DNA from: Macrostomum lignano
Lineage: Eukaryota
Assembly: GCA_002269645.1 (NCBI GenBank)
Contig: NIVC01000111.1
Location: 289,633-353,632 of the forward strand
DNA: 64,000 nt
Reading direction: 5' to 3'
Shown: one piece after another, positions 1 to 12,663 of the stretch
Position numbering within the stretch: position 1 is the stretch's first letter
Layout of the letters: every line of letters starts with the position of its first letter
Notes under the pieces: model-generated
Databases searched by the model: none
Told to the model about the DNA's origin: nothing
The model's input: only the letters and a program-made list of their open reading frames with translations
Translations under genes and position numbers: made by a program

Positions 1-330
1 ATCGTCTGGTTAGTTTCCAAGAATCGTCAGGTTAGTTTTTAAGAATCATCAGGTTAGTTTTTAAGAATCATCAGGTTAGTTTTTAAGAATCATCAGGTTA
101 GTTTCCAAGAATCGTCTGGTTAGTTTCCAAGAATCGTCTGGTTAGTTTCCAAGAATCGTCTGGTTAGTTTCCAAGAATCGTCTGGTTAGTTTCCAAGAAT
201 CGTCAGGTTAGTTTTTAAGAATCATCAGGTTAGTTTTTAAGAATCATCAGGTTAGTTTTTAAGAATCATCAGGTTAGTTTTTAAGAATCATCAGGTTAGT
301 TTTTAAGAATCATTAGGTTAGTTTCCAAGA
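1..330. repeat. 22-bp minisatellite in the intron upstream of the DHHC exon
   Basis: Units GAATCATCAGGTTAGTTTTTAA / GAATCGTCTGGTTAGTTTCCAA, ending just before acceptor TTCCAG at 340. Confidence 0.95.
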
Positions 331-340
331 AAAGTTCCAG

Positions 341-1074
341 GCATCATAACCGGCAAAACCGCCTACCCGCAGGTTCTGGCCAACTATTTCGCTGTGCTGC
401 GCACATCCCGCCGCAACAGCGCCACCAGCACGGTCTTCGCTCGCACTCCGGCGTCAACTAACGGGTCCTCAACCGTTCTGGGCTACTCCGGATTGGCCAA
501 CGCGGAGTTCTGCCTGCACTGCCGGGCCAAGAGGCCACCCGGCGCGCACCACTGCCCACTCTGCCGCGTGTGCGTCCTCGGCCACGACCACCACTGCTTC
601 TTCACCGCCTGCTGCATCGGCCGGTGCAACCGCCGGCATTTCCTCCCCCTGATGCTCCATGTGTTGCTGGGCAGCAGCCTGTGCGTCTGTCTGCAGTACC
701 TGTACCTGGCCAGGGTGTTCCAGCCAGCCCTGTCCGTGAATATCTGGATGTACTTTTACCCCATCACTGTCGTTCTTTACGCTACCGGCAACGCCGACGC
801 TTCAGTGGTTGCCATGGTGACGCTGTTATTCGCTACGCTATTCGGTGTTTTGGCGAGCTTTTATTTTTTCTTCTTCCAACTGCTGCTGGTCTGCCGCGGC
901 CAGACGCCGCACGAGTTCGCCGAGGTGTCGGCGCCTGCGCCGAAGATGTCGCTGGGCAGCTGCAGGCGAAACTGCGCCAGGGTGTTCGGCCGCTGCGGCC
1001 TACTGCAGTTTCTGTGGCCCTGCCCGGCCCTGCCAATGCCCGAGGACTTCGCCAGGCCGGCCAAGACTGCCTGA
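341..1074 (+). CDS. Terminal exon of a DHHC-type palmitoyltransferase (ZDHHC22/24-like); upstream exons lie outside the window
   Basis: Acceptor ttccag| at 340 (phase 1). Cys-rich domain CLHCRAKRPPGAHHCPLCRVCVLGHDHHCFFTACCIG, two following hydrophobic helices, GQTPHE (TTxE-like) motif, stop at 1072-1074. Confidence 0.9.
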
Positions 1075-1234
1075 AGAGTTTCTTTGATTTCGATACATAT
1101 CGGCACAGTTGCTTCAGTTGAGTCACCAGCTGACTGACTGGGTTTTCATTCTCTGATTCTCCTCGTTCCCGGAATTCTCCTGTCGTTTCGTTACATTGTA
1201 TCTAAATTCCCCGCTTTCATTTCCCTAGCCTAAT

Positions 1235-1720
1235 TACCCTCTATCATTCCACTAGCCTGATACCCCTCTCTCTCATTCCCCTACCCTAATTCCCCTCCCT
1301 CATTCTCCCAGCCTGATTCCCCTCTGTCATTCCCCTAGCCTGAGTTCCCTCTCTCATTCCCCTAGCCTGATTTCCCTCTCTCATTCCCCTAGCCTGATTT
1401 CCCTCTCTCATTCCCCTAGCCTGAGCTCCCTCTCTCATTCCCCTAGCCTGAGCTCCCTCTCTCATTCCCCTAGCCTGAGCTCCCTCTCTCATTCCCCTAG
1501 CCTGAGCTCCCTCTCTCATTCCCCTAGCCTGAGCTCCCTCTCTCATTCCCCTAGCCTGAGCTCCCTCTCTCATTCCCCTAGCCTGATTTCCCTCTCTCAT
1601 TCCCCTAGCCTGATTTCCCTCTCTCATTCCCCTAGCCTGATTTCCCTCTCTCATTCCCCTAGCCTGAGTTCCCTCTCTCATTCCCCTAGCCTGAGTTCCC
1701 TCTCTTATTCCCCTACCCTA
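1235..1720. repeat. 27-bp minisatellite
   Basis: Unit ATTCCCCTAGCCTGAGCTCCCTCTCTC. Confidence 0.95.
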
Positions 1721-2317
1721 TTTACCCCTATCATTAATTCCCCTCTCTCATTCACCTTACTGAATTATTTCTTCATCCGCCCTCTTTAATTCCCCTCTCG
1801 TAATCTCTCTCGCTATTTCCTAATTCTCTCCTAATTCCCTATTTACCATACTTCTAACTTCCTTCAATACGCAACGATAGCCGGACATTATCAATCGGAA
1901 GTCATGCACACTGCCTAGTCAATAACTCAGTCAGCTATGCTCGCATGTGATTTATTAGGTCTACCTGTCAATCTATTTTATACAAGCAGGGCCTTCGTAA
2001 TTTCTTTCTCATCACTAAATCGAATGAGCTCAGTGCACGAACAGATATTGCCACTCAGTAATTGTTCGAGACACACATTGTCTTATTTGTATGCGCCAGA
2101 CATTCTGTACTTTTCCAGCTTATCTAACACGTTTTCAGCTTCAAATTCTGTTGTGCTCAGAGATTTTTTGCCTGTCTGCGGTATCTTTCGAATGCCCTCT
2201 CCTATCGAAATTTTAATTGACATAAGTTTATATAAGTGCTGCGCTTAGATCCATGCGTCTCAACTCACTTCGAAAGCGTTTTTAAGTAAGTTCTGCAGCA
2301 ACTTTGTGTGAACACAA

Positions 2318-2983
2318 TGATGCGGTCCAGTTCAGTTGATAATGGCTGCAATGATGCGGTCCAGTTCAACTGATAATGGCTGCAATGATGCGGTCCAGTT
2401 CGATTGATAATGGCTGCAATGATGCGGTCCAGTTCAACTGATAATGGCTGCAATGATGCGGTCCAGTTCGATTGATAATGGCTGCAATGATGCGGTCCAG
2501 TTCAGTTGATAATGGCTGCAATGATGCGGTCCAGTTCAACTGATGATGGCTGCAATGATGCGGTCCAGTTCAATTGATAATGGCTGCAATGATGCGGTCC
2601 AGTTCAATTGATAATGGCTGCATTGATGCGGTCCAGTTCGATTGATGATGGCTGCAATGATGCGGTCCAGTTCGATTGATAATGGCTGCAATGATGCAGT
2701 CCAGTTCGATTGATAATGGCTGCAATGATGCGGTCCAGTTCAGTTGATAATGGCTGCAATGATGCGGTCCAGTTCGATTGATAATGGCTGCAATGATGCG
2801 GTCCATTTCAATTGATGATCGCTGCAATGATGCGGTCCAGTTCGATTGATAATGGCTGCAATGATGCGGTCCAGTTCGATTGATAATGGCTGCAATGATG
2901 CGGTCCAGTTCAGTTGATAATGGCTGCAATGATGCGGTCCAGTTCAGTTGATAATGGCTGCAATGATGCGGTCCAGTTCAACT
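2318..2983. repeat. 34-bp minisatellite A
   Basis: Unit CAATGATGCGGTCCAGTTCGATTGATAATGGCTG. Confidence 0.95.
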
Positions 2984-3547
2984 GCTGTTACTTTTCTAGA
3001 CAAATAATTTGTTACAACATGTACTTTTGTAATGTATTTTTTGTTTAAATTTCAGGCTCCGGCAAATCTTGGCCATGATAGCGCACCATTCCAGAGCTAG
3101 CTGAACTGTGAATGCATTAGAAAGTACAGTAAAATATGTTTATTAGAATTATTTATTTAAATTGTTTTGCTTGTCCTATCTTATTTATTGGTAAGCGTCA
3201 ATTTACTTGTCATTCAAATGTACTAGTTTTGGTGTACTTTATTATCTATCTATTATTAGATATTATTGCTCACCGTTTCTTTCTTACTGCTCACGATATT
3301 TTTGATTGCAAAGAATTTAGAAACCCCATTATTATTGTATAGCTCTGTTCACCTTACACGTGTTCTTGTGTTTTATGATGATGATTATAAATTTAATGCA
3401 ATAAAAAGTATACAAATGTTTGCTTGCCTAATTTGGTTATAATCACAGTGTCTATTTCGGTGAAGTCTGTCTCGGGTGTCACAACAAAACATGTTTTCGT
3501 TTAAAATTTTGCCTTTGATATTGTCTGATCTTTTGAATAAATTGGGG

Positions 3548-4450
3548 GCAATGATGCGGTCCAGTTTCCGTCAATACAGACACAATGATGCGGTCCAGTT
3601 TCGGTTAATACAGACACAATGATGCCGTCCAGTTTCCGTCAATACAGACACAATGATGCGGTCCAGTTTCGGTTAATACAGACACAATGATGCGGTCCAG
3701 TTTCCGTCAATACAGACACAATGATGCGGTCCAGTTTTGGTCAATACAGACACAATGATGCGGTCCAGTTTCCGTCAATACAGACACAATGATGCGGTCC
3801 AGTTTTGGTCAATACAGACACAATGATGCGGTCCAGTTTCCGTCAATACAGACACAATGATGCGGTCCAGTTTCCGTCAATACAGACACAATGATGCGGT
3901 CCAGTTTCGGTTAATACAGACACAATGATGCGGTCCAGTTTCGGTTAATATAGACACAATGATGCGGTCCAGTTTTGGTCAATACAGACACAATGATGCG
4001 GTCCAGTTTCCGTCAATACAGACACAATGATGCGGTCCAGTTTTGGTCAATACAGACACAATGATGCGGTCCAGTTTCCGTCAATACAGACACAATGATG
4101 CGGTCCAGTTTCCGTTAATATAGACACAATGATGCGGTCCAGTTTCGGTTAATACAGACACAATGATGCGGTTCAGTTTCCGTTAATACAGACACAATGA
4201 TGCGGTCCAGTTTCGGTTAATACAGACACAATGATGCGGTCCAGTTTCGGTTAATATAGACACAATGATGCGGTCCAGTTTTGGTCAATACAGACACAAT
4301 GATGCGGTCCAGTTTCCGTTAATATAGACACAATGATGCGGTCCAGTTTCCGTTAATATAGACACAATGATGCGGTCCAGTTTCCGTTAATATAGACACA
4401 ATGATGCGGTCCAGTTTCCGTTAATATAGACACAATGATGCGGTCCAGTT
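3548..4450. repeat. 34-bp minisatellite B (shares 18-bp core with A)
   Basis: Unit CAATGATGCGGTCCAGTTTCCGTCAATACAGACA. Confidence 0.95.
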
Positions 4451-5442
4451 TTAGTTTCAATTTTTATGCAGCTTAAGCAACTCGAGTTCGAGATTAGGCT
4501 AATCCTGAGTCGTAGCACGAGTTGGTTTTGTAGGCTCTTTTTCGACTACTAATAAAATGGATGGACTGGAGTCTCCCTTGGCTCTAATGATGCTCGAGAT
4601 TCGATATCGAATCCAAACGTAATTAAATAAAGCTTTCGAGGTTCTCTATTAGTGTGGCAATGTGAGAGCCTGTGGAGAGCTGGCATAATGTAGAGTGCGG
4701 GCCCTTCAATCATTGCTGCATTCAGGCATTCGATTGCTTTTTCATACAAGAAAGCGCGAAACACGTTTAACTGAGAATTCTAATAATTATATATCGTGTA
4801 GAAACCGAACTCTATATTTAATTTTCTTAATCAATTAGATTCCTATACTCTTCACATTAAGAGGTCGCGGTCAGTTGAAAAAGTAGCAAATTAAAAGTTC
4901 TGCCAAGATCAATTCACAGAATTATTTCTGAAACCAATAGTAAGACAAGATTTTGGATTGATGGAGCTTTTTGGAGAATTAAAGTGATTCTGGATTGCCT
5001 GGAAACATTCATTCAGATGCATCCTTTAGATAGCGTTTTTTACTATATCTACATTTAGGTAACAAGGACCACTATAATATAACTGGCCCTAAAACTCATA
5101 GATCGTCTAATTTTTTTGGAGGCCGATTTCCTAGAAAAAGTTTATACTTTGCCGAGATAGGAAAATCCTCTTTTCATCATAAAATCAGTGATTGTATTTG
5201 ATCTGGGGGCAGTGAAGATTACCTGTCTTAACGTGGCTCTTGTGTTTTATATAATAATAAATAATAGTAACTGATTACATCGGCGCTATGGGCCAGATGT
5301 GCAACCGACAGCTCAGCCGCAGCTATCCAGGAAATTGGCCTCCAAAAAAATTTCACCATCTTTGAATTGCAGTGTCCTGCATGGTACAGCGTACTACAGT
5401 GGTCCTTAAAATATGATTCATAAATTCTCAGTACGAGCTAAT

Positions 5443-5949
5443 TCAAACAGATTCATAATTCCCTCGCCTCTTATTTATGCCATCTTTAACCCAGCCGTAG
5501 GAGAACAGAGCCCCATCCCGCACCAGACCCGGAACTGACACCCAGAATTCGGCATTGGGCAGGGCCTGGGCACCGAAACTTTGTCGCCGAATGGCCACGT
5601 TAATTAATATGCCGGCGGCCAGGTAGACTGCAATGAGGCAGAAAAATATGATCAGCAGGATGTCGCCGCCGCTCATGCCTCCGCCGCCGCCGCCGTCTGG
5701 TCCGGGGCCGCCGGTCGCGCAGCAGTGCCGTGACAGCAGGCTCATCTTGTACAGCTCTGTTGAACCGCTGGATTGACCGTCGTCTAAGGGAGTGAGCAAG
5801 TCTTCTCCGCTGCCGGAGGTGTCGCACACCAGCTGCAGGTGGGTCTCTCTGGTCAGCTGGTCGCCCGAGAGCCCGCTGTACTTTAGCAGCAGGCCGAGGG
5901 TTGCGTCAGTTTCGAATGTTGCAGAGGCTTGAGTGCCCATGAGGTATTC
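5443..5949 (-). CDS. M6PR: Mannose-6-phosphate receptor/ATG27-like type I membrane protein, exon 2 of 2
   Basis: Acceptor ctcag|GAA TAC CTC ATG (phase 0). TM helix ILLIIFFCLIAVYLAAGILI, family motif LPNAEFWVSVPGLVRDG, C-terminal YESV (YxxPhi sorting signal). Confidence 0.8.
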   Translation of the reverse strand, partial: EYLMGTQASATFETDATLGLLLKYSGLSGDQLTRETHLQLVCDTSGSGEDLLTPLDDGQSSGSTELYKMSLLSRHCCATGGPGPDGGGGGGMSGGDILLIIFFCLIAVYLAAGILINVAIRRQSFGAQALPNAEFWVSVPGLVRDGALFSYGWVKDGINKRRGNYESV

Positions 5950-5999
5950 CTGAGGAGTGGAGGACGGGTGAGCAGCGGTTGGGGCTTCCAGTTGTCATA

Positions 6000-6470
6000 G
6001 GATTCTGGGTAGTTTCTGTGGGATTATAGTTGCTATGGGGTTATAGTTGCTATGGGATTCTAGTTGCTATGGGGTTCAGATTGCTGTGGTATTCAGATTG
6101 CTGTGGGATTCTGCCCGGTTTCTGCGAGATTCTGGTTGCTATGGCATTCTGGTTGCTATGGCATTCTGGGTCTTTGCTATGGGATTCTGCTCGGTTTCTG
6201 AGAGATTCTGGTTGCTATGGCATTCTGGTTGCTATGGCATTCTGGGTGTTTGCTAATGCAGGGTTTCTGGTTGCTGTGGGATTCTATAGTTGCTATGGGA
6301 TTCTGCATGGTTGCTATAGGATTCCAATTGGTATGGGATTCTAGTTGCTATAGGATTGTGGTTGCTATGGGATTCTAGTTGCCATGGGATTCTGGTTGCT
6401 ATGGCATTTTAGTTGCCATTGCATTCTACTTGCTATGAAATTCAAGTTCAATGATTGCTACTGGGATTCT
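6000..6470. repeat. Degenerate ~17-bp minisatellite filling the M6PR-like intron
   Basis: Repeated GTTGCTATGGGATTCT(A/G). Confidence 0.9.
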
Positions 6471-6587
6471 ACTGAGAATGGGATTCCGATTGGCATCGTA
6501 AATAGTGCTGATTATACTACAGCAGCTTTGCAAAATAAGTTTATTCAATCACTCTTCATCGAAGCACCTGCCCAATGGCTTTGCTAC

Positions 6588-6956
6588 CTGCAATTTATCG
6601 TTGGTCTTCTGGCACACCGCAGCGTCCGAGCTGCCATCGCAGGTGGCCCCATAGCACGGATTATAGTAATAGAAAAAGCTCCCGCTTGGGCTGGTCTTAT
6701 CGTTGAATGCAAAAACTCCGCCAGATTTTGCTAACGGCGAGAGGTCGACTCGACCACCGCTGTCTGTCTCGCAGCTGCAGGAGCTCAGCTGCTTCACGCA
6801 GTTAACGTTGCTAATCAATGCACGGTCTTCCCGGTGCACTGCAGATGAATTGATGGCAGCTTGAGTTTGTCCGATTGACAAACAGAATAGAGCGAGGCCG
6901 AGCCATGCGATGACAGCTGAAGGTGAACGCCCGAATGCTGCTTTCGCTGCTTGCAT
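6588..6956 (-). CDS. M6PR: M6PR/ATG27-like, exon 1 of 2 (signal peptide and lumenal MRH-like domain); joined protein 291 aa
   Basis: Hydrophobic signal AWLGLALFCLSIG, Cys pattern CVKQLSSCSCETDSGGRVDLSPL...YYYNPC...AAVCQ, donor CAG|gtagca in phase 0 matching exon 2. Confidence 0.8.
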
Positions 6957-8542
6957 ATTGCGGTGTTGCAGAATCGAAATTAATTATTTGAATTGACTTA
7001 ATTATTTGCTACTGAGCAAGGATTTTACCACTGCTCACGCGGTTAACCGCTCAACTACATGTATATAGCTGTCTCGCTTTTATATCAGTTTTCAAAAAGA
7101 TAAGAAATGAAACTTTCCAGGTGCTCGGCTTTTCTAACAGCCTTATGTATGCATTAAAATGCTGCAACTTTTATTGGTGAGTGCGGGGGCAATTTACAGT
7201 ACATTGTGCTGTGTACACAGGTGAAAGTGCATGCATGCTTTATACATGTACATGTACGAGCTACCTACAATTATTTCCAGAATCGGCGTTGCTTCCCTCA
7301 TTTTGGCGCCACAGACTGACACTCATATGTATTGTCGCCCTCTGAAGTATTGATTTCCATACGGGTCACAGACAACAATTGATGCATGGGGCGGACGGAC
7401 AATTAAAGTATTTGGCATGTCGACCCCCAGGGCCTTTATCGGGGGTGTACATGAACATTGTCACCCTGTCCCCCGGTGGTGACACCACACTACTGGTCCT
7501 AACAGTTAGCTGCGTCTGATTATACAGTCTCACCACAGGCACCATGCATTCGTACATGTTACATACATGTATACCACACTGAACTTTTGTAAAAGATAAT
7601 TTAATTCGTCCTGAATACATGTGTAGTTTTACTTGTAATATACATGTTAGTTAAAAAATAGCCTAACAAAGCCTAACATATACCAGTATCAAATACATGT
7701 GTATAGTTTACATATGCATGCACGTATGTACATGTATGAAGTCATTTTGTTGGAATGAAGTCGTCATGATTAATTACATGTTACATATACATGTATATGT
7801 AATTAAAGCATGTTTTAACTAGTCGCTTAAGTGTTGGAATTATTGAATAAATGTTGATGATCGTAAATAGCACGCATGGACAACTAAAATACAACTTCAA
7901 TTGTCTATGCTTACTGTTAGTCAATGATTTAGTTAAAAATCAGCATACATGTTACATTGCCATACAATCATACAGTATTACTCTACCATACATTTAATCA
8001 ATACATTAATATACATATAAATGAATGTGAAATGAAACCTGCAGTTTTTTCTGAATTGTGCAGTGAGCACGGGGTCTTGCATGCATTGTTGGAACCAAAT
8101 GTGTTAATAGCTAGGATGTACATGTAAAATGTACGTTTATTGTTTTTAGTATTTTTATATTCGGAAACCATGTGCTTGAAAAAAATATTTTTGCTTTAGA
8201 AACGATTTTTTAGAAAACATATTTTTTTCAGAAAATAGTCTGTACTTCTGCAATAATGGCAGTTGGGAGGTCACACTCTACTCGCAGGATACTTAACGAA
8301 GTAATGATAACTAAAACAATTAAGATTATAAAAATTGAATTTTTAATTTGATAAGTATTGTAGTAACTTAAACTAAACTTTATACGTTTTTTTGTCAGCT
8401 TTACAATTAAGTTCAAAATATTTTACTATCCCTTGTTATAGGAGATAAAAACTTTTAAAACAGCTTGCTTTCTTAGAACAAAAAACTGGCTGGAACTAGA
8501 TAGAACTGCCGCAGTACCTTCAAGTATCCTTCAGGCCTTTTA

Positions 8543-8759
8543 CACCTTTTCACATTCAATTTTGATCAAAGTCCAGTTCTAAAAGAACTAGCGGAACTTC
8601 AATTCAGACTGAGGATAATTTTGTCTATGGCTAAACCTTACTTCGGTTAGAATGTTTTGAACTGGGGTTAGACTGGGCCCCAGTCTAAATTGTTCTGAAT
8701 TGAATTTCCGCTAGGTTTTTTAGAACTGGACTATGATCAAAATTGAACTTGAAAAGGTG
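8543..8759. mobile_element. MITE with ~66-bp terminal inverted repeats and TA target-site duplication (Tc1/mariner-like)
   Basis: TA-CACCTTTTCACATTCAATTTTGATCAAAGTCCAGTTCTAAAAG... and the reverse complement ...TTTTTAGAACTGGACTATGATCAAAATTGAACTTGAAAAGGTG-TA. Confidence 0.75.
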
Positions 8760-9169
8760 TAGTACCTTTTAAGAGTAACTCTATCAAGTAATTTAGTATT
8801 TATTTTTATGTGCTTAGTGTCAATAATCTTTTTAGATAGTTTTAACGTTCATAGCTTATTGCTTTCAGCTCACTGCAATTTTATTTGCAATTATTTAGTT
8901 GTCTAATGCAGTCACATTGCAGTGTACATATTCCATGAGTCATTGAATTTTTCCAGGAGATGCTATGCAGCTATACTGAAAATTAAATGGCAAATCAAAT
9001 GCCATTCCTCATGCTAGCTTAGCTGTCAATAGTTATTAACTAGCAATCTTCGCCCCCCGATGGGGGACATCTGGATAGAATCCTTGTTCTTTACAAATAA
9101 CAAACAGACAGCGAAATAAAGCCTTCATAAAAAACAACAGACATTCCCTCTAAAAACAAAACATCCCAA

Positions 9170-9560
9170 GACAGCAAGCATCCTCAGACAGCATTCAAGC
9201 ATCGATCCCCAAATAGCGAAATCCTCCAAACTGCAAGCATCCCCCAGATAGCAAGCATCCCCCAGACCCCAGATAGTAAGCATCCCCTAGACTGCAAGCA
9301 ACCCCTGATAGCAAGTATCCCCCAGATAGCAAGCAATCCCCCAGACCGCAAGCAACCCCAGATAGCAAGCATTAACCTGGATACAAAGAGACCTTATAGA
9401 TATCTAGCAACCCCCTCTTAGATAGCAAGTACCCTCCACCCCCCAAGAGCAAGCATCTCCCAATAGCAAGTTACCCCAGTAGCAAGCATCCTTCCGATAG
9501 CAAGCATCCCCTTGATAGCAAGTTTCCATCCTTAAATAGCAAGCATCCACCAGAGAAAGT
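9170..9560. repeat. Degenerate ~17-bp minisatellite
   Basis: Repeated GATAGCAAGCATCCCCC. Confidence 0.85.
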
Positions 9561-9589
9561 AGCCAGTGCAACAATTTCCTTAGCTTTAT

Positions 9590-9910
9590 AGTGGCTCCAT
9601 TTTGTTTGGCATGACACTTCTTTTATGTTTGAAACGGTGTCTCTTTTATGTTTAAAAAGGTGGCTCTTTAATGTTGACATAGTGGCTCTTCTATGTTTAC
9701 CATGGCGGCCCTTTTACGTTTGAAATGTTGTCTCTGTTATGTTTGACATGGTGGCTCTTCTATGTTTGACATGGTGTCTCTTCATTGTTTGACATAGTGG
9801 CTTAGTTGTTTGACATGGTGGCTCTTTTATGTTTGGCATGGTGGCTCTTTTATGTTTAACATGGTGGCTCTTTAATGTTTGACACTGAGTCACGTAAATG
9901 TTTGACATGA
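9590..9910. repeat. Degenerate ~22-bp minisatellite
   Basis: Repeated GTGGCTCTTTTATGTTTGACAT. Confidence 0.85.
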
Positions 9911-12024
9911 TGAGCTTGTCAAGGTAAGAGCCATGCCCATAGTTGAGATGGTGCAGCATGATATGCTAGAAAAAATTGCCTATGGCAAAATTATTCTTAC
10001 CAACAACCCATAGTTTGGAAGGCAACATGTATGCCACAATTTCCTAGCAAACAACAAGGGTCTTACCATTTTCTTAGCATATATCAAAGTGTATCCTAGT
10101 ATATATAGCACAGTAGATCATATAACCTTCCAAAGCATAGGCCTAAGCCATGAGTCCCATGACCAACCATCATTTCATTGCTTACCACTCAATTGATAAT
10201 CAATTGAGTAATTAATAACAAATTAGTAATTTGCCTAAATAGCTTAGTGTTTCAGCCTATGTCTAGGGCCTAATTGTTTATAGTTTTGATAAAGAATTTT
10301 CTAGATCAAGATTTTGCTTTAAAGCACAAGTAAATAAAAATTTTTCTATTTAACTCTATATCTATCAATCTATTTTATTTAAAAATTAAATTTATCATTT
10401 CTCCTTACACTCATATTATAATTACTAAGAATCTATTCCTCTTCAATTCTTCAAGATGAATTGAATTATCTAAGTTTAATTGTAAAAGAGCATTGAATAA
10501 AATAAATTTATTTTATTTTTTAAAATTATAAAAATAAAAAAAACTCAAAATTTATATAAATAAAAATTGATTTTGAGATTTGCCTGCAATGCTTTTTCCT
10601 TGCCCCATGGCAATGCTTAGTAAGTTTTAATAAAGAAATTTTCTTGATTAAAATATTTCTGATTGTAGGCTTACTGCATATCTATCAAATGCATGTTTTC
10701 TTGTAGGTATTTAATTCTATTTGCATGTAGGGGTAGGCCTACATTCATAAGCTATTAATTCATGCATATGCCATGTCACTTTGTCCTTCAAATCTATTTA
10801 TTAGGGCCCCCTAAGACTTATGCCTATAGTTTTATGGTAGTAATGGTACTAAGCATTGGGGAGAGAGGAATGGGGAATGGGAGAATTCAGACAACATCTG
10901 CTATGTGACTAAATATATTGCAAGAATAAAACTGGGCAAACCTCAGTGGGAAAAAATTGACAGGCAATTTGACTTATTATGGAATAATTGCAAAATGAAC
11001 AAATCTTGGTAGACAACTCTTGGCAGATAAATATAAATGGGCAATTCATTCACGGGCAAAATTCACTATAGACAAATATTGGCAAAAAAAGCTCAATGGG
11101 CAAATCTTCCAAAGGCAATTAGCAAATATTAGTAGGGCTTTTGTCTATTGGCAATTCTTGTATTCCCTCTAATGGTTAATAATGAATTGATTTTTAAAAA
11201 GTTAAAAATAGCCTAATTAACACTTTTATGTACCTAGATTATTTGCAAAAATATAAAAGACAAGTTAATTAAAATAAAATTTAAGATTTAACTCTATCTA
11301 TGTTTCTATATTTTTATGTTATAAATTTTTGTTTGAGGAATGTTTTGTAGAATTGTAGAGGTTTTATGCATTTATGTTGAAGGCAAAGTGCAAAGGGGAT
11401 ATAGCCCTCCTCCCCAGTGACTCAACTGCCTAAGGGGGGCACACTCCTATTCCTCTAGGGATGACCATCTTCCTATCCCCCTAGGGGTAACCACTTTCTT
11501 ATCTCTCCATGGGGTGACCAATAAAATTTAAATTTTTAAGATTTTAGTGTAATGAGTTGCACTAATTCTAAATATTTGCTAGGGAAGGGAGGTGACCACC
11601 TGACCTGACCATACCCCTCCCCTAATTAGAGGTGCTACACAATCCTTCCACTCATTTTAAGACATTTTCTGGATACTATATGCATAAAAAATCATATATT
11701 GAAAATTAGCAAGAAATAGATCTAAAGAGAATTTTTTAAGTGCTTTCTAATATTTAAATAGAACTTTGAATGGGCTTAGGCCTATGTTTGTTTATCTTAG
11801 TTCTTGCCAATTGAATTTAAACCAAAGTGCATAGTGAAATTTTCTATCATAGCAAAATTGCTTTGAATGTATTATATTTATTACTATATTTTTTTGTTGT
11901 TTTCTAGTACCATAAATTGACTCTAGTCAAAACCTTATCAGACTTCTGTCTTGCAATTTCATGTGAAATACATTTAACAATCAGAATTATTGCAAGGTAA
12001 CATTAATAAAAATCATAATAAAAA

Positions 12025-12402
12025 ATGCAAAACTTTTTAATCTGGTCTATGGATGCAGTATCAGGATTGTACAGTCTAGTCACACTGCCTCTATACTATG
12101 CCGCTAATTTGACATTTTGGCCAAATTCGACTACTGTTAGTAGTAGCAAACAACAGGCTGTAGTAGCTACCGTGAAAGTTGACTATCCGGGAACTGATGA
12201 AGATGGCAGCTGCCCAGCTGTGTGGGCCAGCTCAGCTGTGGCGCAGGCGGCTGCGGAGACTGGCAAGTCAGTGCCTGACTGTCTGGCTAGCAGGCCCTTT
12301 GCCGGAGTTGAGAATCTGGCAGATCTGCTGGATCAAGCGGCTGGCAAGTACCCCGAGCGGCGCTGCTTTGGCACCCGGCAGCTGCTGGCGGAGACAGACG
12401 AG
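12025..12402 (+). CDS. ACSL4: Long-chain acyl-CoA synthetase (ACSL3/4-like), exon 1 of 5; joined protein 775 aa
   Basis: ATG 12025, N-terminal anchor LYSLVTLPLYY, motif RRCFGTRQLLAE, donor GAG|gtgagc. Confidence 0.85.
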
Positions 12403-12537
12403 GTGAGCTTCTAATGCTGGTCGATTGATATTGCTCGTATTTTGAGTAACTGTAAGTTCAATAGTTGAGGGACTTTGTGAACTTTATAGCAGGTTTGTTG
12501 AATTTTTAATTGGCCTGAATCTGAACTGTTTCATTAC

Positions 12538-12663
12538 AGACAGACTGATCGGTACACTAAGACAGACAGACAGATAGACACTAAGGCAGACAGACAGACA
12601 GACAGACAGACACAGACAGAAGGACAGACTGACACACAGACAGACAGACAGACAGACAGACAG
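12538..12663. repeat. (CAGA)n microsatellite in ACSL intron 1
   Basis: cagacagacaga runs. Confidence 0.9.

Noticed and set aside
1860-2285. Protein-like minus-strand reading (SIKISIGEGIRKIPQTG...)
   Set aside because: Several in-frame stops and no recognisable motif
4549-4764. 71-aa ORF with an IEGP motif reminiscent of the hAT C-terminus
   Set aside because: A four-residue match only; no other transposase features
9950-11950. AT-rich region with recurrent GGCAA motifs and a 12-bp inverted match (10138/11772)
   Set aside because: Matches are too short to define a transposon boundary
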